This document shows positions 50,310 to 60,228 of a stretch of DNA of 64,000 nucleotides, piece by piece (within the stretch, counting starts at the first letter, position 1; the number at the start of each line of letters is the position of its first letter). The stretch is taken from positions 26,720 through 90,719 of the forward strand of contig JAGYKM010000005.1 in NCBI GenBank assembly GCA_018401675.1, given 5' to 3'. A program made the translations under genes and the position numbers. The stretch is from Alphaproteobacteria bacterium. Lineage in GTDB: Bacteria > Pseudomonadota > Alphaproteobacteria > 16-39-46. The notes below the pieces were generated by a model, which saw only the letters and a list, made by a program, of their open reading frames with translations, was not told the DNA's origin and made no database searches.

Positions 50310-51769
50310 TACCGATCTCCTTTTTGTTTAGTCTCTTCTTTTATTCTCATGACTAATTCCTTAAACACGTTACCTCTCTCTTCAAAATCTCGGAATTGAT
50401 CAAACGAAGCGCAACCAGGAGCAAGGAGAACGACCGGCTTTGTTCCCCCTTTACCTTTTCCCATAGTTTGTGCCTCATTAAAGGCCTCTCTCACCGCTCT
50501 ATCAAGTGTCCCTGACCGTCTACAAGAGACCGTTGAGGCCAAACAATCCTCAAATATCTGCATGGATTGCCCAATTAAAAAGACCTCTTTAACCCGAGAC
50601 AGAAGAGGCAACACCCGTGCTATATGATCTCCTTTATACACACCACCCGCAATCCAATATATGGCATCGTAAGCATTGAGGGATTTTAAAGCTGCCTCTA
50701 TGTTCGTTGCTTTAGAGTCATTTATAAATAGCACATCGCGTATTTGTGCAATATATTCACTGCGGTGAGGAAGTCCCTGGAATTTCTTTATTCCCATCTC
50801 TATATCATCCAATGGAACACCAAATAAAAAAGCAGCTCCAAAGGCACAGGCTCTATTTTCATCATTATGCACACCCTTGAGCCTAGGGTGATCTCCCAGG
50901 CTAAAAAGATCCCAAAGGGTGGTTTCACTCTTCTTTTCATTAGGTATCATTCTTGATGAAAACACCATTTTTATCCGCTGGTGCTCTTTATAAATCCCCA
51001 TTCCGTGTTCCCGCACATAGGGACTGGTCACATCCGTTACAGATACGGGAAACAAGCCACATTTCCCCATAGATTTGAGTTGATTAAAAAGACGCAAAGT
51101 AGGCTCCGAATCAATACCAATCACAAGCCAATCATCCTGAGTCATCTTTTGTAAGATTTTTTCTTTGGTTTTATAATACTCTATTTCACTCTTATACCGA
51201 TCTAAGTGATCTGGTGTGAAGTTGGTAATAACGGCAATGCGCGGGTGAAAGCTTGGCATGTTTTCCAGTTGATAGGAAGAAATTTCCCACACAAAACCAT
51301 CCATAAAGCTACTTGGATCAAAATCAAAAACGGGGATACCAATATTCCCAGCCACTCCCACTTTCTTTCCACTGCTCCTAAAAATCTCCCCCAACCAGGC
51401 TGTGGTAGTAGATTTTCCGTTAGTGCCCGTAATACCGATAATCGGTGTCTCTCTTCTCTTGTGCCGAGAAAATAATTCCATATCGTTTATAATCTCCAGG
51501 GATGTCACTTTTTCTTGCGCCATGGTCACCACAGGATGGGGACTGGGAAGAGACATGGGAATACCAGGACTTAGAATAAGGGTGGACACCCGATCCCAGG
51601 GAAAATCCGCTTCGAAAGGATCCACCACCTTAATAGAATGTGCCTGAGCCTTCTCCCTTAAGGTAGTATTATCATCCCAGGCCACCAGGTCGTAACCTTG
51701 CTTCTCAAGCCAATGGGCCGCAGAAAACCCCGATCGGCCTAAGCCCATAATAAAATAACAAGGCATCAT
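50309..51769 (-). CDS. murD: UDP-N-acetylmuramoylalanine--D-glutamate ligase
   Basis: GLGRSGFSAAHWL, GITGTNGKSTTT, and a C-terminal ...LLAPGCASFDQFRDFEERG. Confidence 0.95.
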   Translation of the reverse strand: MMPCYFIMGLGRSGFSAAHWLEKQGYDLVAWDDNTTLREKAQAHSIKVVDPFEADFPWDRVSTLILSPGIPMSLPSPHPVVTMAQEKVTSLEIINDMELFSRHKRRETPIIGITGTNGKSTTTAWLGEIFRSSGKKVGVAGNIGIPVFDFDPSSFMDGFVWEISSYQLENMPSFHPRIAVITNFTPDHLDRYKSEIEYYKTKEKILQKMTQDDWLVIGIDSEPTLRLFNQLKSMGKCGLFPVSVTDVTSPYVREHGMGIYKEHQRIKMVFSSRMIPNEKKSETTLWDLFSLGDHPRLKGVHNDENRACAFGAAFLFGVPLDDIEMGIKKFQGLPHRSEYIAQIRDVLFINDSKATNIEAALKSLNAYDAIYWIAGGVYKGDHIARVLPLLSRVKEVFLIGQSMQIFEDCLASTVSCRRSGTLDRAVREAFNEAQTMGKGKGGTKPVVLLAPGCASFDQFRDFEERGNVFKELVMRIKEETKQKGDR

Positions 51770-51818
51770 TGATGAAACATCCTTTTAGTCAATCTCTACG
51801 CTAGCCTCTAGGATAATC

Positions 51819-52916
51819 CTATCGAACTTTCAAACTTGCCAAACCAATTAAACTGAGTACTAAAGAAATAATCCAAAAGCGCATGACAATAGTTGGCTCT
51901 GACCATCCTTTTTTTTCAAAATGATGATGCAACGGCGCCATCAAAAAAACCCGCTTTCCTTTGGTAACCTTAAATACAAACACCTGAATAATGACAGACA
52001 GTGTCTCAGCCACAAACAATCCCCCAATAATGCCTAGAACCAATTCATGTTTGATCATCACCGCTATGGTTCCCATGAGAGCCCCTATAGATAATGACCC
52101 TGTATCTCCCATGAATACCTGAGCTGGTGGAGCGTTAAACCATAAGAACCCCAGCCCAGCCCCAGCTAATGCGCCGCAGATTACACTGAGCTCCCCCACT
52201 TTGGGAATAAAAGGCACATGAAGGTAATGAGCAAACCCATAGTGCCCCACCACATAAGCTAAAACACCCAAAGATAAAATAGTGATGATAATTGGCCCTA
52301 TAGCTAAGCCATCTAAGCCATCAGTCAAATTGACCGCATTAGAGGCTCCCACTATAACCACCAAACCAAATACTGGATAAAAAAGCCCAAGATCAATAAA
52401 AGAAGTCTTCGTAAAGGGCAGAAAAAGAAGAAAAGGATTATCTCCTTCTGGCAAGAGCATGTAACAAATAACCAAAATTGCCACCCCCGCAAACAGAAGT
52501 TGAATCCCGAATTTGTACCGGCTCGAAACGCCATGATTGGTATTTTTTGATAATTTCAAATAATCATCATGAGCCCCCAACAAACCAAAGGCTACCGTTA
52601 CAAAAAGCGCTGTCCATATGTACCCATTGGATAGATCCGCCCAAAAAAGCGTGCTTAGAATAAGCGAGATGAGTATGAGAAGCCCCCCCATGGTGGGCGT
52701 CCCTTTTTTTGTAATATGATGGGAAGCTGGGCCTTCTTTCCTGATAGGCTGTCCTTCTTTCTGGCGTGATTTTAACCATCGAATACTAGGAGCCCCAAAA
52801 CAAAAACTGAAGATCAAGGCACTTAACAATGCCCCTCCGGTTCTGAAGGTAATATATTGAAAAATGTTCAAGAAGTGCCACTTCTCAGATAAATATAAAC
52901 ACAAACTATACAGCAT
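51819..52916 (-). CDS. mraY: Phospho-N-acetylmuramoyl-pentapeptide transferase
   Basis: KKGTPTMGGLLIL, NAVNLTDGLDGLA, MGDTGSLSIGA and APLHHHFEKKGW. Confidence 0.95.
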   Translation of the reverse strand: MLYSLCLYLSEKWHFLNIFQYITFRTGGALLSALIFSFCFGAPSIRWLKSRQKEGQPIRKEGPASHHITKKGTPTMGGLLILISLILSTLFWADLSNGYIWTALFVTVAFGLLGAHDDYLKLSKNTNHGVSSRYKFGIQLLFAGVAILVICYMLLPEGDNPFLLFLPFTKTSFIDLGLFYPVFGLVVIVGASNAVNLTDGLDGLAIGPIIITILSLGVLAYVVGHYGFAHYLHVPFIPKVGELSVICGALAGAGLGFLWFNAPPAQVFMGDTGSLSIGALMGTIAVMIKHELVLGIIGGLFVAETLSVIIQVFVFKVTKGKRVFLMAPLHHHFEKKGWSEPTIVMRFWIISLVLSLIGLASLKVR

Positions 52917-52952
52917 AACTAGATCCTTTATTATATGTTTTCATAGCGCTCA

Positions 52953-54428
52953 TTATCCTTCTTTTTGTTCACCTATGTGCTGTTCGAAATGATTCATAAT
53001 GTCATCAATGATGCGAATCATCTTCATTCCCAAAGATCCCTTTACCATCAAGATATCTCCTGGGAGCACACCCACCCGAAGCATTATCTCCGCCAACTCA
53101 GAGGAATTTTCTGCATAACCAAGCACCAACGCCGAAGGCAACTTATCTCGCAACGGGGCCATTAAAGGACCACACAGATAAACGCCTTGGATCCTTGAGT
53201 CGAGTATGTGAGAAGCTATTCCTGCGTGGAAAGCAATGGCTTGATCACCCAGTTCTAGCATATCCCCTAAAACAGCAATGCTCCTACCTCCAACTTTATT
53301 TTGATAAGCCGCCAGAGAAATCAGACCTTGTTCCACAGAAACAGGACTCGCATTATAGCTTTCATCTATAATAGTCACATAGTCTTGGTCTTTTGGATTT
53401 TCTTTTGTGGGACACCTTCTCACAATGCCTCGACAGGCAACGCCTTGAAAGCTTTCTATGCTTTCCAGAGCTAGTGCCAAATCTCCCCCCATTATCTTGA
53501 GAGCCAAGAGCCCTCCGAGAACGCACATAGCTCGAGGGTACCCCATACCCCTCATGGTAAATTCAAAAGGATTTTCCCCTTTAAAACATGCCCTGACTAT
53601 ACTTGAATCACGGCTTACTACAGCCCAATCTATAAGTCTTAGATCAGCATGGGCATCCTTGCCATAGGAAAAAATAGGATGCTGGCTTTGCCCTTTAAGA
53701 AGGTCAAAGAAGGGCATATCACTATTTAAAATAAGCGACCCTTGAGGGCTCAATCCTTCTGTGATAGAAAATTTTTCCTGGGCAATTTGAGCCACATGGG
53801 CAAAGGCAGCCTTGTGCGCTGGTGCTATCATGGTAATCATCCCATAATCCAAACCCAAGTCCTTTGCCATAGGGGCAATTTCTCCTGGCTGATTCATCCC
53901 AAGCTCAACCACGCCAAACTGGCACTCAGGCGAGGCACGCATTAAGGTTAAGGCTATTCCAATCTTTGTATTTAAGCTTTTTTCATCAAAAAATGTTATC
54001 GCTTGTGCGCTCAATAGATGACCTAAAAGGGCCTTCGTACTTGTTTTTCCCACACTCCCGGTGACCCCAATAATTTTGGCAGGTAGTCTCTTTCTAATCC
54101 ATTTTGCGGCTTGCCACATGGCTTTTTTTGTATCCTCAACCTGAACACCCCCCAAAGGAAAGTCCCACCCTTTTCTTTCCAAAAGAGAATCAGGATCTTC
54201 CTGGATTAAAAATGCTGAAGCCCCTCGTTTCAACGCCTCATAGATAAAGTCATGTCCATCTGACTTCTCCCCTTTTAAAGCTATAAAGAGGTCTCCAGGC
54301 TTTACTTCTCGTGAATCTATCGCCACTCCAGTAGACAACCAACCACCGCCCAAAGACACGCCTTTGGTTGCTTCACTCAGAATCTCGGGCGTCCAGAATC
54401 GAGGCCGTGCGCCATGCATATTATTCAT
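52953..54428 (-). CDS. murF: UDP-N-acetylmuramoyl-tripeptide--D-alanyl-D-alanine ligase
   Basis: DSREVKPGDLFIALKGEKSDGHDF, GVTGSVGKTSTK and IIDESYNASP. It overlaps murE by 8 nt. Confidence 0.95.
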   Translation of the reverse strand: MNNMHGARPRFWTPEILSEATKGVSLGGGWLSTGVAIDSREVKPGDLFIALKGEKSDGHDFIYEALKRGASAFLIQEDPDSLLERKGWDFPLGGVQVEDTKKAMWQAAKWIRKRLPAKIIGVTGSVGKTSTKALLGHLLSAQAITFFDEKSLNTKIGIALTLMRASPECQFGVVELGMNQPGEIAPMAKDLGLDYGMITMIAPAHKAAFAHVAQIAQEKFSITEGLSPQGSLILNSDMPFFDLLKGQSQHPIFSYGKDAHADLRLIDWAVVSRDSSIVRACFKGENPFEFTMRGMGYPRAMCVLGGLLALKIMGGDLALALESIESFQGVACRGIVRRCPTKENPKDQDYVTIIDESYNASPVSVEQGLISLAAYQNKVGGRSIAVLGDMLELGDQAIAFHAGIASHILDSRIQGVYLCGPLMAPLRDKLPSALVLGYAENSSELAEIMLRVGVLPGDILMVKGSLGMKMIRIIDDIMNHFEQHIGEQKEG

Positions 54429-55998
54429 TTCCCTGGCCCTTTTGCACCCTCTTTGATGCCTCGTTCAACGCAGCTTTTGCAATAGCCACGTCAGAATGTG
54501 GAAAAGATTTATTTCCAATTTTCTGATAGGTTTCATGCCCTTTTCCCAACAGAAGTAAAATATCTCCCTCTTCTAAATTCCCCACTGCTTCTTCAATGGC
54601 CACCTTACGATCAGGCACCTCTCTAACCACACATTGCAAATTTTTCATTCCTTGTCGGATACTCTTTCGAATCAACTCAGGATTCTCCGTTCTTGGATTA
54701 TCATCGGTCAGGTAAACAACATCCGAATATCTACTTGCGATTTCTCCCAAAAGAGGCCTTTTTTGGGAATCTCGATCACCCCCGCATCCAAATAACACAA
54801 TCAACTTCTTGGCGGCATGAGCACCAATTTGCTTCAAAACCACTTCGTAAGCATCTGGCGTGTGCGCATAATCTACATAAACGGCTCCCCCTAGTAAGGT
54901 TTTTCCCACAAACTCCATGCGTCCTTGAGGAGGCACAAGAAACGGAAAAGTATCCGCTATATCTTCGTCTTGTATGGTCTCGCGCCCACTCTCTAAAACC
55001 GCTTTAACCATTCCTAGGGCACATAAAACATTCAGTCCTTGGTACCTACCCAGCATCTTTAGATGCTGGGTATAAAGAATCTCTTTTATTCGAAAAGAAA
55101 GATCAACACCCCCTCCCCTCGGTTCCATGTCAATTAAGCAAATATCCACATCTTTGAGCCCATAAGTTAAAGACTTTTTGCCCTTCAATGCCTTTATAAA
55201 CGTCTCACAATATAAATCTTCCTTATTAATCACGGCCTTTCCGCTGTCCAAAACGTGAGAAGAAAATAAGAGACACTTTGCCTCCACATAAGCCTCCATA
55301 GATTCATGGTAATCTAGGTGTTCAGGTGAAACATTCGTCACCCCCACCACGTTCAAAAGTAACTCACCCAACCGTCCTTGGGTCAAACCATGACTTGATG
55401 CTTCCATAACATAGACTTTAATACCCACATCATAAGCCCGCTGTAACGTCTTGTAGAGAGAAAACACATCAGGAGAAGTTAAGCTGATTTCTCCCCTCTC
55501 CCAAGTAATCATTTCAGGGATAAATACAAAGTCACCCAAAGTTCCCGTTACCAAAGTGGGATATCCCAAGCGGGATAACATCTGAGCTATAAAGAAACTT
55601 ACCGAAGTTTTTCCATTGGTTCCCGTTACCGCCATACCTAAAGATGGACGTCTTTTATAAAATGATTCTGCCATCTGACCTAGAACCGTATAGTCTTCCT
55701 TGATAGTAACCACAGGAATTTTCTTCTTATCTAAGCCCCCATGACCCTCCATCTTATCAAAAGACCCCTGCTCTTCACATCCACGGATCACAACTATAGC
55801 ACTAGCCCCTTTTTCAAAAGCTTGGGTACATAACGCCTCCTCACACTCCTTAGCCCCCACGCACACATATAAGTCTTCTGGTTCTAAGAGGCGCGTATCC
55901 ATGCACAGACCCTTACAAACTACATCTTTCAAACTCAGACGCTGATCATCAGACAGAGCATTAAAGACGCGCTCCCCCAAATCTTGCCTAATATCCAT
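54421..55998 (-). CDS. murE: UDP-N-acetylmuramoyl-L-alanyl-D-glutamate--2,6-diaminopimelate ligase
   Basis: AVTGTNGKTSVS, VMEASSHGL and VDYAHTPDA. GCGGDRDSQKRPL followed by TDDNPRTE is the DAP-type DNPR motif. Confidence 0.95.
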   Translation of the reverse strand: MDIRQDLGERVFNALSDDQRLSLKDVVCKGLCMDTRLLEPEDLYVCVGAKECEEALCTQAFEKGASAIVVIRGCEEQGSFDKMEGHGGLDKKKIPVVTIKEDYTVLGQMAESFYKRRPSLGMAVTGTNGKTSVSFFIAQMLSRLGYPTLVTGTLGDFVFIPEMITWERGEISLTSPDVFSLYKTLQRAYDVGIKVYVMEASSHGLTQGRLGELLLNVVGVTNVSPEHLDYHESMEAYVEAKCLLFSSHVLDSGKAVINKEDLYCETFIKALKGKKSLTYGLKDVDICLIDMEPRGGGVDLSFRIKEILYTQHLKMLGRYQGLNVLCALGMVKAVLESGRETIQDEDIADTFPFLVPPQGRMEFVGKTLLGGAVYVDYAHTPDAYEVVLKQIGAHAAKKLIVLFGCGGDRDSQKRPLLGEIASRYSDVVYLTDDNPRTENPELIRKSIRQGMKNLQCVVREVPDRKVAIEEAVGNLEEGDILLLLGKGHETYQKIGNKSFPHSDVAIAKAALNEASKRVQKGQGNE

Positions 55999-56086
55999 CT
56001 TTTCTATTTAACCTCTTGCTAAGGACTCCACCTGTTATTCACGAAAAGGAAGAAGGCCCCGACCCTGTTATTCCCGCACTTTTACC

Positions 56087-57835
56087 TTAAGCGTCCAGTG
56101 AAAACCCTGGAACCGCTAATAAATTTGTAAAAACCTCTTTTTGCTCCTGGACAGGAGCTATGCCTAGAATAGGCGCCACCCGTGAAACAATACGAGACAC
56201 CATAGGCGCCACAGTCCATCCAGCCGTGGTATTCCCGTAAGTTTCTTTTCTACCTTTCGGCCGATCTAACAAAATAAACAGAACGCATTCAGGATCATTC
56301 ATAGGAAAAGCAGCGACATAAGTGGCAATATTTTCCTTGGTATTATACCCTTTTCGTCCCGCCATTTGCACGTGGGCAGACCCTGTTTTCCCACCGACCA
56401 AATAACCCTCTGCTGCAGCTTTTTTTCCCGTGCCATGGGTGATGACCAGACGCAGTAATTTACGAACGGTCAAAGAGTTTTCCTCAGAAAGAACACGCAC
56501 TCCATCTACTTTGCCTCCCATAAACCCCTCCTTTTTAAGAAGAGTTGCTTGATGGAAAGTGCCACCATTCATTAAAGAAGCCAAGGCGCTGACCACCTGA
56601 AGAGGACTCATACTCATCCCATACCCATAGGAAATGGTCATAAGGTTAATTTGACGCCAAGGGGTAGGCAAGAGAGGCCTCCCTATTTCAGGAAGCTCTA
56701 GAGTGGGTTTACTGGAAAGACCTAAACGAGACATAAATTCTTTTTGTTTCTCAATGCCAACTTCGAGCGCCATTTTGGCTGCACAAATATTCGAAGATAA
56801 TATAAAGCCCTCTGGCACATTGAATATCTTGTTTTCATTTCTAATTTTATAGTCTTTAATCTGAAACCTGGCCACCTTAATGGGAGAACTTGCGTCATAC
56901 GTTTTTGACAATCCAATCCCATTTTCCAAAGCCATAGCCACATTGAATAGTTTCATTACCGAGCCCATTTCATACACACCTAAAGTAGCCATGTTAAACC
57001 GGGCTTTTTGATCAATTTTTTGGGGGTGATGGGGATCAAAATCAGGAAGTGAAACAAGAGCCAAAATCTCTCCTGTTTTGGCATTCATAAGTATGCCTGC
57101 ACCACCCGGAGCATCAAATTGACTCATAGAGGCTTGCAGTTCATTATATAGCACGTGCTGTAAACGCACATCGAGAGACAACTGAAGGGGTGTTTGTGCG
57201 GAAGTAAGATTCTGGTTAAAATGGTGCTCCACTCCCCCCATACCCTTATTGTCTACATTGGTAAATCCTAAAACATGAGCCATTAGCTTTCCGTGAGGAT
57301 AGATACGCTTTTCTTCTTGATGAAATCCCAAAGCTGGATTTCCTAACCTATGAATTTGCATTTGTTTTTGAGGTGAAAGATTGCGGGCCAACCATACAAA
57401 CTTCTTCCCGGAGGTAACTTTTTGATATATCTCATCCTCTGAGGAAGAGGTCAGAATTTTGGCCAAATCTGTGGCAAGCTTTTTAGGATTTTGAATGCGG
57501 TAGGGATTAGCATACACAGAAGAAGTTTTAACATTGGTCGCCAATAATACGCCATTTCGGTCCACAATATCAGCGCGCTTGTTCTCTAGAAACTTGTCTC
57601 CATCTCCCCATAACTGTGGCATCCCCATTGGGGAAAAGCCCATCACATCTACCAGCCTTAACCCCAACACAACAAAAACCACAAGAAACCAACTTGCAAT
57701 AAACAAAAGTCGCCCATGAGCTCTCACTAGGGGCGAGCGCGTTTCTTTATCCCCCAATGCGCCCATGGGCCCAAAAAGACGGTGCCCAGACCTAAGATCG
57801 TAGAAGGATTTTTTAAAAGGCAAAGGAAGATACAT
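56087..57835 (-). CDS. ftsI: Penicillin-binding protein 3 (FtsI) transpeptidase
   Basis: An N-terminal TM anchor and dimerisation domain, with the SxxK motif (EMGSVMK) and GGKTGSA (KTG box). Confidence 0.9.
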   Translation of the reverse strand: MYLPLPFKKSFYDLRSGHRLFGPMGALGDKETRSPLVRAHGRLLFIASWFLVVFVVLGLRLVDVMGFSPMGMPQLWGDGDKFLENKRADIVDRNGVLLATNVKTSSVYANPYRIQNPKKLATDLAKILTSSSEDEIYQKVTSGKKFVWLARNLSPQKQMQIHRLGNPALGFHQEEKRIYPHGKLMAHVLGFTNVDNKGMGGVEHHFNQNLTSAQTPLQLSLDVRLQHVLYNELQASMSQFDAPGGAGILMNAKTGEILALVSLPDFDPHHPQKIDQKARFNMATLGVYEMGSVMKLFNVAMALENGIGLSKTYDASSPIKVARFQIKDYKIRNENKIFNVPEGFILSSNICAAKMALEVGIEKQKEFMSRLGLSSKPTLELPEIGRPLLPTPWRQINLMTISYGYGMSMSPLQVVSALASLMNGGTFHQATLLKKEGFMGGKVDGVRVLSEENSLTVRKLLRLVITHGTGKKAAAEGYLVGGKTGSAHVQMAGRKGYNTKENIATYVAAFPMNDPECVLFILLDRPKGRKETYGNTTAGWTVAPMVSRIVSRVAPILGIAPVQEQKEVFTNLLAVPGFSLDA

Positions 57836-57850
57836 GGAGCGACCTATATC

Positions 57851-58255
57851 TTAAGGTAAAAAAGACAGTGAAGATTGAGAAGACGTTCGAACTTGGCTTT
57901 TCATAGAAATGGTTTTGCTAGAGAGTGACTTGACTTCTGAAGGTGCCAAAGACGCTTGGACTAAATCCAAAATGTGGTCATCATCCCTAAAGGGAATTTG
58001 ACTCATATGAATGTAAGAGGAGGCTTTCAGAGCCTCTACAGAAAGATGTTTTTGACAAAGCTCTTGTATGCGTGAAGGAGTGGTAACATGCTCCCATTCC
58101 GCCTCCAATAATCGAATGTTTTGTTTTTTTTCTAGAATAATTTCTTCCATAACCCGTAAGTCTCCTTCTAAAGAAACCACCCGGTATTTAAAATGAAATA
58201 AACAAAACCCCACGCCCAAAATAAGAATAACCATGGCCACAATAAGCCGGATCAT
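57851..58255 (-). CDS. ftsL: Cell division protein FtsL
   Basis: 134 aa with a single N-terminal TM segment and a coiled-coil. It lies between rsmH and ftsI, and its start overlaps the rsmH stop. Confidence 0.75.
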   Translation of the reverse strand: MIRLIVAMVILILGVGFCLFHFKYRVVSLEGDLRVMEEIILEKKQNIRLLEAEWEHVTTPSRIQELCQKHLSVEALKASSYIHMSQIPFRDDDHILDLVQASLAPSEVKSLSSKTISMKSQVRTSSQSSLSFLP

Positions 58256-59205
58256 TGGTCACCTTCCTTGTGAACACTCGAGAATGGCACTAAGGTACGA
58301 GACGCTGCCCTCAAACGGGCGGAACGAGCCCGAGGATTATTTTGAATTTCTTCTTCTGAGGGCGTAATGACTCGTTTGGTGAGAACCTCAAGAAACCCCT
58401 GTCCTTTCTTAGAATCGCTCTCTTTAAAAAAGGTTTTGACGATGCCGTCTTCTAAAGAATGAAAACTGACTATTACCACCCGCCCCTTCGGCGCCAAAAG
58501 GCCTAAAACTTGCTCCAAAGCTGATTTTAAGGCGAAACACTCGTCATTCACATAAATACGAAAAGCTTGGAAGCTCTTAGTCGCTGAATCTATTTTTCCA
58601 ACTTTTTTTCCCACCGCACTGTGAATAATACGCCTCAACTCTAAAGTCGAGGTTATCGAACTTTTGTTTCGGTTTTCCACGATACGCCGAGCGATTTTTC
58701 GTGCTCTAAACTCTTGACCATAATGGTAGAGAATATCCGCAATGTGTCCTTCACTAGCGGTCTCAATCAAATCACCCACCGTTTGGCCTTGTTGAGACAT
58801 TCTCATATCCAACGGCCCCTCTTTTTGAAAAGAGAACCCACGTGATCCATGATCCACCTGGTGAGATGAAACACCCAAATCAAAGACTATTCCTTGAATA
58901 TGACCGTGCTGATGGTAAGGAATCAACGTGTCTAACTGAGAAAAATTTCCCTGTATAAAATCAAAGCGATCAGGATATTTTTCCTTAAGCTTCTGAGCCA
59001 GGGGTAATACATCAGGGTCTTGATCTATAGCCAACACCTGGCAACCAGGGGCCGTTTTCAGCAATGCTTCACTATAGCCACCGCCCCCAAAAGTCGCGTC
59101 TACATAGATACCCTCTGGTATAAGCTCTAACCAGCTACATACCTCGCTGGCCATTACCGGAATATGGTATCCATTAGCTGACATCATCACCCCCACGCGG
59201 CCCAC
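58252..59205 (-). CDS. rsmH: 16S rRNA (cytosine1402-N4)-methyltransferase
   Basis: HIPVMASEV...YVDATFGGGGYSE, DQDP, FDLGVSSHQVD and SFHSLEDGIVK. The actual start may be one of the ATGs at 59187 or 59184. Confidence 0.95.
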   Translation of the reverse strand: MGRVGVMMSANGYHIPVMASEVCSWLELIPEGIYVDATFGGGGYSEALLKTAPGCQVLAIDQDPDVLPLAQKLKEKYPDRFDFIQGNFSQLDTLIPYHQHGHIQGIVFDLGVSSHQVDHGSRGFSFQKEGPLDMRMSQQGQTVGDLIETASEGHIADILYHYGQEFRARKIARRIVENRNKSSITSTLELRRIIHSAVGKKVGKIDSATKSFQAFRIYVNDECFALKSALEQVLGLLAPKGRVVIVSFHSLEDGIVKTFFKESDSKKGQGFLEVLTKRVITPSEEEIQNNPRARSARLRAASRTLVPFSSVHKEGDQ

Positions 59206-59659
59206 AGTTGCCTGCTTGCAACTTCAAGGTCTGAGAATGGGAGGCCAACCGCTCTCTGGCTTTTTCCTGGTGAGCCTTAAACTTTTCTGGATTCCAGATC
59301 TGGAATGTGGCCCCACGGCCAACAAAAGCGACCTGATCTTCCAAAGAGACAAAGGAAATTAAGCTTTCTGGAAGTAAAATCCGCCCCTCTCCATCAAAAG
59401 CAATCTGCATAGAATCTGCAAAAAGAGTAGCAGCAAAATCATCTTGAGTTTGAGAAAAAAGATCTAATTGATCCACACTCCCACTCAGGCGCTCCATGTA
59501 CTGGAGTCCGCAGCCCTCAAGAGCTGGGTATTTATAGGATCGAAACAGAATAACACCTTGATATCCTTGACTTCCTAACGTAACACGAAAAGAAGCCGGC
59601 ACGGATACCCGTCCTTTTTTATCAATTTTGTTTATTATTGTTGAAAGAAAAAGTCCCAT
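59174..59659 (-). CDS. mraZ: Transcriptional regulator MraZ
   Basis: Duplicated SpoVT/AbrB-like halves with DKKGRVSVPASFR and DGEGRILLPESL. It is the first gene of the dcw cluster. Confidence 0.95.
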   Translation of the reverse strand: MGLFLSTIINKIDKKGRVSVPASFRVTLGSQGYQGVILFRSYKYPALEGCGLQYMERLSGSVDQLDLFSQTQDDFAATLFADSMQIAFDGEGRILLPESLISFVSLEDQVAFVGRGATFQIWNPEKFKAHQEKARERLASHSQTLKLQAGNCGPRGGDDVS

Positions 59660-59726
59660 ATTATTCCAAACTCACAGGCAATAAGAACAGAAGTCCTTTT
59701 GCATTTACACAACATCTCCCCTTATT

Positions 59727-59766
59727 ATGGGATATCATGGGATAAGATGGGTGTCAATGGGATAAA
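59727..59766. promoter_or_regulatory. Four direct 10-bp repeats (ATGGGATATC ATGGGATAAG ATGGGTGTCA ATGGGATAAA), a candidate MraZ operator
   Basis: The repeats begin about 70 nt upstream of the mraZ start. A TGGG core recurs with exact 10-bp phasing, as described for MraZ boxes upstream of mraZ in other bacteria. Confidence 0.6.
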
Positions 59767-60168
59767 GGGCTAAAGCTATGGACTTTAGAGCCCTTAGGGC
59801 ATGGATTTTAGTCCATTTTTGAGAATTAAATTCATAGGGTTATACAGGCGCCTTTTTTCACATCTCACAACAATTTCTTGTAGGTTCAACTAGAAAAAAT
59901 ACAACTTCAGGAAACAGCATCCCCTTTGCAAAGGCAAAAGTCCACTTATGCCCCAAGCCATCGGCTGATTTAAAGGGAATATTTATTTTTAAAAAACACA
60001 TAAGAACGCCAATAGACTTAATTTACAGATACCAATAAATTACCTGATATTTATAGCCTGAAATACCCTCCCTGAATCTTACTATCCAGGTCAGTTTAGT
60101 ATTTACTTTAGAGATTCGCCCCCGTTTCAGTGTATCGAAACTTATTAATTATTCGTGAGCTTATGCAT

Positions 60169-60197
60169 AAAAAAGCCCCTAAAAAAGGGGCCTTTTT
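60169..60197 (-). terminator. Rho-independent terminator downstream of the 228-aa secreted-protein gene (A/T flanked, possibly bidirectional)
   Basis: GCCCCT-AAAAA-AGGGGC hairpin flanked by an A run and a T run. It lies about 30 nt after the stop at 60229. Confidence 0.65.
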
Positions 60198-60228
60198 AAT
60201 CAAATGCTTTACCAGTATGAACGCGTTT

